This document shows, in pieces, positions 9,468-16,893 of a stretch of DNA of 32,000 nucleotides. Source of the DNA: Planctopirus limnophila DSM 3776 (GTDB lineage Bacteria; Planctomycetota; Planctomycetia; Planctomycetales; Planctomycetaceae); assembly GCF_000092105.1 (NCBI RefSeq), contig NC_014148.1:2400001-2432000 (forward strand). The letters are read 5' to 3'. The translations under genes were made by a program, and so were the position numbers. The notes below the pieces were generated by a model that worked only from the letters and a program-made list of their open reading frames with translations, searched no databases and was not told the DNA's origin. Position 1 is the stretch's first letter. Every line of letters begins with the position of its first letter.

Positions 9468-10391
9468 TCAGATCATGTTCAGGCGGCGGGCCGCTCGATA
9501 GTACTGATACTTGCCCCAATCGAGGAGTCGATGCTTACCCACAGGGGAGGGCTTCCAGCCACGCTGGCGGAGCTTCCAATTGATCGAGTGAATACCCAGA
9601 CGGCGATCGAGATCGGGTGTCCGGAAGGTGATGCTCAGCGATACCGAGACCTCTTCACAGTTTTGCACGAAGTGTGGATAGGTCACTGGGAAGTGAAGTC
9701 CATAACCGGGCTGCAGATCAAAGACCCATGATTTTGAGCGATTCTCATCGGCGAGAGTCATATTGCGAACCCGTCCACCATAAAAACGCTCGAAGTCTTC
9801 CTGGGAAACAATCGACGGGTCATTTCCATCAAACAGATGAACGATTTTGCTGCCATGAATCTGGAGCAGGAAATTATGTTCCGGATCCATGTGATAGGGT
9901 GTGATGGAACCCGGAGAAGTGAGAAAAATATAGGCATGAGCCGACATCATGCCCGGGACAATGGCTTCCGATTGGGTACGAACTTCAGCCAGGCAGTCAT
10001 CCAGGACTTTCCCGTAGGCGGGATCGTTTTCCACATGCTTGAGAACCATCCACGACTTGCATTCTTTAATGCGCCGAACGGTATCGGCCACACTGAGACC
10101 ATTACGAGGCGTGAGGTCGGGATCCTGATTGATCGGTAAGTTGCCGGCATTGTATTCGATATCGTTTTCAGGAAGTTCCTGAGCCAGCTTGAGCAGGCGT
10201 TCTACGGAAAACAGCGGGTTTTCGCAGAGACGATGCCGAATGAGAAATGGCTGCTTGTTGAAGCAGCGATCAAACTCGGCAGTATCCCACTCGAGCAGAG
10301 TCGAATTCTCTCCGGCAATTGCTGATGTCTGCACAGAGTTCGGAGGAGTCATTGTCAACATGATCACGCCTTTAGGATGAGAGCATTTCAA
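9468..10391 (-). CDS. Cupin-like / JmjC-domain protein (putative 2-oxoglutarate/Fe(II) oxygenase fold)
   Basis: The 307-aa ORF has an HxD metal motif (ITPYHMDPEHNFLLQIHGSK) and a distal His (LHFPVTYPHFV), typical of the Cupin_8/JmjC layout. The start may be the internal MLTMTPP. Confidence 0.7.
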   Translation of the reverse strand: MKCSHPKGVIMLTMTPPNSVQTSAIAGENSTLLEWDTAEFDRCFNKQPFLIRHRLCENPLFSVERLLKLAQELPENDIEYNAGNLPINQDPDLTPRNGLSVADTVRRIKECKSWMVLKHVENDPAYGKVLDDCLAEVRTQSEAIVPGMMSAHAYIFLTSPGSITPYHMDPEHNFLLQIHGSKIVHLFDGNDPSIVSQEDFERFYGGRVRNMTLADENRSKSWVFDLQPGYGLHFPVTYPHFVQNCEEVSVSLSITFRTPDLDRRLGIHSINWKLRQRGWKPSPVGKHRLLDWGKYQYYRAARRLNMI

Positions 10392-10498
10392 GCATTAAAC
10401 ATGGAGTTCGCACAAGGTTGATTCGATCGCTAGTAGCAATGTGGCTTTATCGCTGCATATAAAATTCAATGAGTTCTGATCTGCCGGGTTTCGAGAAA

Positions 10499-11815
10499 CT
10501 AATTGTCGGCCATTGCGGTTTGTTGTGGAGGCTTAATGACCCTTCGCAAGGCACGCAATCCAAAGCGAGCGGCAATTGAAAGATCACCCCAGCGTCCCGT
10601 CGAGACGAGTAGTCGCTGAATCGTTCGTCGCTCGGGCCAGAGCCGCGAAATCATGAAGTGGCCAGGAGCAGCACAGGAATCCAGCCAATTCAAGTCAGGC
10701 TTCTGGTGAGCAAAGCCAATGTTCTCAATTTCGAGTTGTACCCCGGGAGAGAATTTGGCATAGGCTTCGTCAAATCCAATCTTGAATGTAAAGCCACCAT
10801 CTCCCGCCAGAAAATTGCATTTGACAGCGATCGCCTGACCATTGAGAAACAGCCCCAGCATCATCAATTGTCCGCGTTCCTGAGCTGCCCGGCAGACATC
10901 ACGAAACCACTGTGCGTGGTGAGAGAGCGATGCCATCGCCGTCTGTTGCTGACCTTTCCATCCTCCACCTTCAAGCTGCAAAAAAAGATCCACCCAGGGG
11001 TCAACATTCTCCCCGGCATTCAATTCACGCGTTTCAAATTGCCCCTGTTCAGCAAGCCGACGACGTTGCCGCCGGAGTTCCTGACGGTGATGCGATGTCG
11101 TCGCCTGATCCAGATAAATCTCAGCACTGGCGGCTCTTCGAAACAGCGCCCGGCCATATTGATGAGATACGAGCGAAAAGACCGATTGTCGCTCCATGGC
11201 TTCGAGTAAAGCGTGTTGAAATGGCCCCTCACCATGGATATGCGGCAACTCGAGAAAACTGGCACCGCAGGCTGTTGTCCGAGTCCACTTGAAGAACTCG
11301 GTCAGAATGATCGCTGTGTTCTCAGAATCAACCAGGGGAGTGCAAAGATACGTGTAATCATGCTGCCAGAGTCGATCACAATTCAGCGGCTGTTGCCATG
11401 TCTTGTGCTGACGCTGGAGAGGGAACATCGCGACCAGCTTTTCGGATTCTCCGGGCCGCAATCCCGATTGCCAGATGAGAATAAAGCGAAGTCCCGGATC
11501 GTGCGGAAAATGTCGCAGCGCCGGCAGGACAAACCAATGCTCATAAAAAGGATTGGGCTCGATCGACCGACTGGCTAATTCACTCCACTGTGGAATGATT
11601 TCTTGCAGGCGGGCATGATCGGTAACGATTTCCATGCGGAAATCGGTTTCGTGAATGCGTCGTTTATTTCGCTGGGTGTGACCATCAGCTTTGGGAATTG
11701 ACGTGACTGCCGAAGGAGTCTCAGGGGGTGAAGCAGATGATTCCGCCCTCACTGTTCCGGCTGCAGCGCTTCCCATCCCGATATGCCTTTTCCTGTCGCT
11801 TGATCTCGGGATCAC
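10499..11815 (-). CDS. FemAB/CelD-like GNAT family acyltransferase (Acetyltransf_6-like)
   Basis: The 438-aa ORF has a C-terminal half (LMMLGLFLNGQAIAVKCNFLAGDGGFTFKIGFDEAYAKFSPGVQLE) that matches the pattern I recall for BioF2-like/CelD GNAT proteins. The N-terminus is Ser/Ala/Pro-rich and may be over-extended. Confidence 0.7.
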   Translation of the reverse strand: MIPRSSDRKRHIGMGSAAAGTVRAESSASPPETPSAVTSIPKADGHTQRNKRRIHETDFRMEIVTDHARLQEIIPQWSELASRSIEPNPFYEHWFVLPALRHFPHDPGLRFILIWQSGLRPGESEKLVAMFPLQRQHKTWQQPLNCDRLWQHDYTYLCTPLVDSENTAIILTEFFKWTRTTACGASFLELPHIHGEGPFQHALLEAMERQSVFSLVSHQYGRALFRRAASAEIYLDQATTSHHRQELRRQRRRLAEQGQFETRELNAGENVDPWVDLFLQLEGGGWKGQQQTAMASLSHHAQWFRDVCRAAQERGQLMMLGLFLNGQAIAVKCNFLAGDGGFTFKIGFDEAYAKFSPGVQLEIENIGFAHQKPDLNWLDSCAAPGHFMISRLWPERRTIQRLLVSTGRWGDLSIAARFGLRALRRVIKPPQQTAMADN

Positions 11816-11909
11816 GTGGATCCCGCAATGACCTTCACTACAGGTAAAGCTAGTTCAAGAACCGGGTGAGGCAAATCGGACCGCGATGGCTGAGTTCTTC
11901 TGCGGCCGG

Positions 11910-13907
11910 TTATTCAGCTTGAGTGCCCAGCCTGACGATTTTTAACTCCTGTAGAGATCTAGCGTTACGAACATCCGGCGAAAGTCGTAACGTGCAGGGA
12001 AGAAAGACCGGTTTCGCCAGCGCTTCCGAGGGAACAGCATCCAGAAGAGCGAGCCTTAATGGGACTTGCACCAGTTCATGCGCGGGAGGAACGACTCTTA
12101 AGTAGAGCCTTCTCGACGAGAACAACTCAATCAGAAGATTGGCAAACTCACGAGACAATCCGGCCGCGACAAGGACGCCAGCCGGGTGCTTCAGCCGTAA
12201 ACCGTAGTCACCTTTCGTGGGTTGAAATCGATCAAAACTTTCGGCCAGAGGGGCAAAGCCCGCCTCACCGGTTCGTCTGACATATTCGACAATTGCAGCC
12301 TTCAGTTGGCCGTGAGCTGCCAGTTGTTGCCATGCCTCTGCAGCATCTATGGTCACTGCGGGAGCTGCGGAAATCGTGCGTAATTCTGCCTGCTGTTCAT
12401 CGTCGAGCATGCGGACAACCCGATGATCGCTGGTCGCTTTGCGGCAACGACCTTCCGCCCACTGGCGGATCGCAAAAACCTGATCTTCGGCAGTGATCGA
12501 CAAGGGAATCAGTGATCGACGTGCTTTCTCAAGATCTTCCATTTCCAGAATTCGACCGTGGCTGAAAGATTCCACAATCGCTGAACTGACAATCTGCTCC
12601 AGTTCCGCTCCGCTGTAGCCATCGGTCTGCCGCGCCAACAGATCGAGATCGTACAGGGAAGGTTGCCAGCCTCGCTTTTCGAGATGGATCTGCAATATCT
12701 TTAGTCGCTCATCAAAGTTGGGTAAGTCGATAAAAAAGAGTTCATCAAATCGGCCGCGGCGCAGCAGCTCCGGGGGAAGAGATTCAACAGAATTGGCTGT
12801 GGCTACCAGAAAGACAGGTTGCTCGACTTCGCTGATCCAGGTCAGAAAAGTTCCCAGCAGGCGGGCCATGGTTGAGTCGGTCGCTCCACCGGATGATTGT
12901 TCGGCTCCTGCAAAACCTTTTTCGATTTCATCGAGCCAGAGGACAGCCGGTGCGAGATTCTCCATCGTCTGCAGGACTTTTCGCAGATTTTCTTCCGGCC
13001 CACCGTGCTGACCAGCCAGTAAATGAGTGACATCGAGCCGCACCAGAGGAAACCCCAGGACTCTGGCAGTCACGCGTGCAGAAAGACTTTTTCCGCACCC
13101 TTGAACCCCCAGGAGAAAGACTCCCTTTGGGGCAGGGATCCCTTGTTCTCGGGCTGAGGGTGATAAAGCCTTTGATCTTTGGGTCAGCCACTCCTTGAGC
13201 TGATCGAGTCCACCAACATTGTTTAGACCTTCTTGAAGATCATAAAAGGTCAAGAACTCCGATCCGGAAGCAAGGCTCTTCTTCTCGGAGATCAGCAGAC
13301 GAATGACATCATCATCAACGGTTTTGCGATCAAGCATCGCCCGGCGAATTGCCATGCGAGCTTCATGCCAGGTCAGACCGGCGAGTGCTTTAAGCAATGA
13401 GTCTTCCTCTTCGTGGCTCCAAGGTTCGACCTGGTGATGCATCGCAAGAGATTCTTCCTTGTACTCCTGCAAAATCTGTCTCAAATCGGCGAGATCAGGC
13501 AAAGGGAGGGCCATTGAAATAGCCAGCTTTTCGACATCCACGGGAAGATCTGGGTCAGGATCAATAACGATCAAAGTTTGACGGCGACGAAGTGCCGTGG
13601 TGACGGTTTCACGAAAATCTCGAATGGCCTGCGGAGAATCGAGAAAGCGGCCTAACCGACAAATGAGCCAGACCAGACCTTCCGCAGCGACCTCGGCGCC
13701 GGCAACCCATTGAGCCGAATCGATGGGCCTCGTGGCGGCAAGATCGGGCTGATGTTCAGCCGGCATTCCCTCACGCAATTCCCAGGATTCTTCTTCCGAG
13801 AGTTGGCGAATGATTGATAGGCAGCGTTCCTCTTCGTGTGTCTTGATCACGACCAGCGGATAGCCAGCTCGAATACGCCCCACGAGATCGGCAGAAAAGT
13901 TTGACAT
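11910..13907 (-). CDS. AAA+ ATPase, Ycf46-like, with an extra C-terminal domain of about 170 aa
   Basis: Walker A is GVQGCGKS and Walker B is VLWLDEIE, with a second region of homology (ATANSVESLPPELLRRGRFDE). The N-terminus (RIRAGYPLVVIKTHEEERCL) resembles the Ycf46-family N-domain. The C-terminal tail is unrecognised. Confidence 0.85.
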   Translation of the reverse strand: MSNFSADLVGRIRAGYPLVVIKTHEEERCLSIIRQLSEEESWELREGMPAEHQPDLAATRPIDSAQWVAGAEVAAEGLVWLICRLGRFLDSPQAIRDFRETVTTALRRRQTLIVIDPDPDLPVDVEKLAISMALPLPDLADLRQILQEYKEESLAMHHQVEPWSHEEEDSLLKALAGLTWHEARMAIRRAMLDRKTVDDDVIRLLISEKKSLASGSEFLTFYDLQEGLNNVGGLDQLKEWLTQRSKALSPSAREQGIPAPKGVFLLGVQGCGKSLSARVTARVLGFPLVRLDVTHLLAGQHGGPEENLRKVLQTMENLAPAVLWLDEIEKGFAGAEQSSGGATDSTMARLLGTFLTWISEVEQPVFLVATANSVESLPPELLRRGRFDELFFIDLPNFDERLKILQIHLEKRGWQPSLYDLDLLARQTDGYSGAELEQIVSSAIVESFSHGRILEMEDLEKARRSLIPLSITAEDQVFAIRQWAEGRCRKATSDHRVVRMLDDEQQAELRTISAAPAVTIDAAEAWQQLAAHGQLKAAIVEYVRRTGEAGFAPLAESFDRFQPTKGDYGLRLKHPAGVLVAAGLSREFANLLIELFSSRRLYLRVVPPAHELVQVPLRLALLDAVPSEALAKPVFLPCTLRLSPDVRNARSLQELKIVRLGTQAE

Positions 13908-14227
13908 GAATCCCTCGGAACTCAGAGAATTTGACTCAGCGCTCTGTCATAAAACTGCCGGATTTCAGATGAAACCTCGACACTTTCCGCCACCTGTTGT
14001 TTCATGCACAGCTTGCGTGAGTATCGAACGCTCTGCAAGCATGAAAACCTGCCCAAAGCGATCTTGATTGAACAGATGAATGCCAATACTCTCATGCTGG
14101 TCAATTCAGGGATCAATTTACGCACTGGATGGCGTTCCCTTCAGTCCCATAGACACTTCTTCAGAATGCAGATTTGGGCTTTGGCCCGAAAAGAGTTCAG
14201 GAAGGAATCTGAACAGGAGAGGCCGCA

Positions 14228-15562
14228 ATGATTTTGCGTGCCTGTGGTTGGGTTACACAATTTGTCAAAGCCACACTTTTGCTGACTATGTCCATCTGCG
14301 GCATGGAGGTCGGGCTGAGAGTGTGGGAAGCCTACGCTCCTGAACATAGTCCCAAACCTGCTACTTCACTCTCCACGCTGCTCGTGCCCTCCGCGAGGCA
14401 ATACCAGGAACTCATCCCTCGTACGGAAAGAACCTGGCCCGGCACGAATGGGCAAACCGTTCGTTTTCGCACCAACAGCCGAGGTGGACGGGGGGAAGAA
14501 TTGCAGACCCCAAAGCCTCAAGGAACCTTTCGTGTGCTCTGGCTGGGAAATGAAACCGTTTTAGCTCCCATGCTCGATGAACCTCTCACTCCACCGCACC
14601 TCGTGCGGACATTCCTGCAAACCAGATCGCCAGCACCCGTCGAAATTATTAATGGTGGATTTCCCGAAAGCTGCCCACTGCTGATGTCGCTAAAGTACAT
14701 GAACGATTGGGCCGGTACGGAACCCGATCTCATTTTGATTCACGTTGATCGATCAGCGATTGAGCGCGACCGCCAGTTGCGTCGATTTACACACGCTTCC
14801 GTCGATGGCCGTCCTTTGTGTTGCACTCATCCCTCGCTAACCACACCCTCAGCATCTCAACCCGCGAGAGATTGGCGAGAACGCTGGCGACTGATCGATC
14901 TGACGATTGCCTGGACTGCCCACTTGTGGCATTCGCAGACCGCAGAAAAGCTTAATGACGACCAATTGCCGTCACGCTCCCCCAGCTCCTTCAGCAGTCC
15001 AGATAGCCAGAAAGCATTGATCAATGGAACTGAGCATACGTTGCGTCCGATCCTGACAATTCTCGATCTTGCCAAACGATCCAACACCCCGGTGATCGTG
15101 ATCACTTCACCGGTCTCACAGAGAACAACTGAAGACCAGAGTTTTGCCAAACTCCTCTCTGAGTTCTGCCAGACACATCGACTTCCACTTATCAATGCCA
15201 CATCGGCCTGGAACGATCAGAACCTTCCCGATGCCATGACCACTTCTATGGCAGGCAGCCAGCAACCGGCGGCGATTGAACAGTATTCACAGATCGTATC
15301 AAAGACACTTCTTGAGAACTGGCCCGGCCCATGGAGAGGGAATACATCCAGACCTGTTGACGAGAGTCGACCAAGCTCAGAGAGACAACCACTCCTTACC
15401 AGAGAAGCGACGAATGGCTTAGCGCCACAAATACTGCGGCCCGCCACACCAGTCGATCCTCGTTCTGCTCCCATGGTTCAGGATGGGCCAAGAAATCACC
15501 GAGGAACTGGTTCTATACAGATGCCTCGGGATCGAGAGATTGTTCCTGCGGGCGGATTTTGA
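14228..15562 (+). CDS. Membrane-anchored hypothetical protein, possibly a degenerate SGNH/GDSL-like fold
   Basis: The Shine-Dalgarno sequence AGGAGAGG lies 7 nt upstream of the ATG. There is an N-terminal hydrophobic segment. FRVLWLGNETV occupies the position of SGNH block I and DLILIHVD / VIVITSP look strand-like. The tail is Pro/Ser-rich. The fold call is weak. Confidence 0.6.
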   Translation: MILRACGWVTQFVKATLLLTMSICGMEVGLRVWEAYAPEHSPKPATSLSTLLVPSARQYQELIPRTERTWPGTNGQTVRFRTNSRGGRGEELQTPKPQGTFRVLWLGNETVLAPMLDEPLTPPHLVRTFLQTRSPAPVEIINGGFPESCPLLMSLKYMNDWAGTEPDLILIHVDRSAIERDRQLRRFTHASVDGRPLCCTHPSLTTPSASQPARDWRERWRLIDLTIAWTAHLWHSQTAEKLNDDQLPSRSPSSFSSPDSQKALINGTEHTLRPILTILDLAKRSNTPVIVITSPVSQRTTEDQSFAKLLSEFCQTHRLPLINATSAWNDQNLPDAMTTSMAGSQQPAAIEQYSQIVSKTLLENWPGPWRGNTSRPVDESRPSSERQPLLTREATNGLAPQILRPATPVDPRSAPMVQDGPRNHRGTGSIQMPRDREIVPAGGF

Positions 15563-15607
15563 ACGATTGCTGGCAACCGTCGGCAGCGTCAAGGTGTCTC
15601 CCGCAGA

Positions 15608-15641
15608 AACAAAAAAACCTCAAGCAAATCGCTTGAGGTTT
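15608..15641 (-). terminator. Intrinsic terminator (perfect 11-bp stem, 5-nt loop, U-tract on the minus strand)
   Basis: On the plus strand the sequence is aaacctcaagc-aaatc-gcttgaggttt. On the minus strand the hairpin is followed by TTTTGTTT and the stem's own 3' TTT extends this into a TTTTTTTGTTT run. It lies 57 nt downstream of the 15698-15973 gene. It may also act weakly on the convergent plus-strand gene. Confidence 0.7.
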
Positions 15642-15697
15642 GATCAATTCTTGAATTTGCTATTTGGGGCAGCAATTCCAATGGCATAGTCCTAAGA

Positions 15698-15973
15698 CTA
15701 GGCTTTTGCTCCACGGGCAAGTCGTGCCAGCATTTCGGCAGGACCATGATCGTAGCAATCATCTGTGTTCCAGAGTGGCACACCAGCGGAGTAGCGGGCA
15801 GCCAGCATCAGAACTTTATCTTCCGAACCTGGTTTTGCTGTGGTTGGACGAGCAGGATCAATCCCCAGGGCTTCGAAGTCAATATGCTCGAACTCACCCT
15901 CTAATTCTTCACCTTCTTCGCCATATCCCAGGGTCTCTTCTTCCAGATCATCGAGATCAAAATCGCGAGCCAT
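15698..15973 (-). CDS. Small acidic hypothetical protein (91 aa)
   Basis: A strong Shine-Dalgarno sequence (AAAGGAGTG) lies 7-9 nt upstream of the ATG, and a canonical terminator lies downstream. The N-terminal 40 aa are about 50% Asp/Glu. The C-terminal part (VLMLAARYSAGVPLWNTDDCYDHGP) looks folded. Confidence 0.65.
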   Translation of the reverse strand: MARDFDLDDLEEETLGYGEEGEELEGEFEHIDFEALGIDPARPTTAKPGSEDKVLMLAARYSAGVPLWNTDDCYDHGPAEMLARLARGAKA

Positions 15974-16400
15974 CTTTGATCACTCCTTTCTACTAATAAA
16001 TTGATGAAGTCTAATGTTTTCAGAACGCTGAAACTTATGCTCAAACTTGCCGAATCGCTTCGACATCGATTTTCCAAGCCCAAGCGGCCCATTGAAACTT
16101 GAATTCGGGCAGCCGCTGTCTACACACTGAGTACGATCACAAACCAAAAATCTAATTCGAAAAAACTCTGAGTGAAAACTTTTTGTGAAGTCTGATGGCT
16201 ATCGAGACAAAATCAGTTAATGGTTGAAAATTCGCACCACTCAACTGTTCTACGCACCATTCAAACCTCACCTTTCACTCAGTATGTTGCCATCGGTCAT
16301 CATTCAACAGACCCATTACATCCGGTCAAAGTTGAATGAATGACCACACAGCCCCATCATGTCGACTGGCTCTCTATTTCTTAGCCAGCTTTCAAATCAA

Positions 16401-16412
16401 CCAGTGCACTGG
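16401..16412. repeat. Perfect 12-bp palindrome CCAGTGCACTGG (candidate regulator-binding site)
   Basis: Read directly from the sequence. It lies in the 920-bp gene-free region beside the sigma-54 activator gene. Confidence 0.4.
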
Positions 16413-16445
16413 CACATTGAACATCTTCCCGATCGACACCTAATT

Positions 16446-16460
16446 GTCACAATCTGTGAC
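16446..16460. repeat. Perfect inverted repeat GTCACA-ATC-TGTGAC (candidate regulator-binding site)
   Basis: Read directly from the sequence. It lies 34 bp from the 12-bp palindrome in the same gene-free region. Confidence 0.4.
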
Positions 16461-16893
16461 CGAATAGACGCGAACAAGAAGAACCAATGCCACCCACCGG
16501 CGAAATCACTCCATTCAATCACTCCAGCTTGGCAACCTCACCAGCATCATGCCAGCGGGGCCAGTGGACGCACATCGTGAACTCAGACCGATGCTTTGCA
16601 ACTGTGCGGGATGCGACATCGTCAGCACCCATCGGCAATCAGTTGCGAGTTGCGTCACAAAATTGTGTGATTTCAAGGCGTGGGCTTCGAGGCAGGACTC
16701 TTTGTTGACGACGTATTGTGCGTTCCTGGCCGGTTTTGTCAACAATTTTTTCACACGATCTGCATGCAGAATTGGCTCCAGTTCGCGAGACCACTGACTT
16801 TTTATCAGTTTCCCGCTGATTTCCGACCTTTTTCCCGAATTGGCCTCAAGAAATTTTTCTTTGGAAAATTAACGGCCCGCCACCATTTCAAAT

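Noticed and set aside
13922-14125. A 67-aa ORF in the divergent region between the AAA+ gene and the 14228 gene.
   Set aside because: It has no Shine-Dalgarno sequence, no motif and an odd composition. The region is better explained as divergent promoters.
14310-14350. A CTGAGA-containing stretch that superficially resembles the TPP riboswitch core.
   Set aside because: It lies inside a coding region and lacks the ACCC and CCTGATCTGGATAATGCCAGCG elements.
16037-16053. A minus-strand GGCAAGTTTGAGCAT upstream of the small acidic gene, considered as a sigma-54 promoter.
   Set aside because: The GG-to-GC spacing is 9 nt, one short, and the -24 context is CGGCAA rather than TGGCAC.
16410-16425. 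A perfect -24-like TGGCAC immediately after the 12-bp palindrome (TGGCACATTGAACATC, plus strand).
   Set aside because: At the required GG-N10 spacing the dinucleotide is AT, not GC, so there is no -12 element. No plus-strand gene lies downstream.
16765-16780. A minus-strand TGGAGCCAATTCTGCA with correct GG-N10-GC spacing, followed by the GTG-initiated 79-aa ORF 16515..16754.
   Set aside because: Both half-sites match the consensus poorly beyond the GG and GC dinucleotides. The ORF has no Shine-Dalgarno sequence and a low-complexity, shadow-like translation. It is kept only as a note under the intergenic-region finding.
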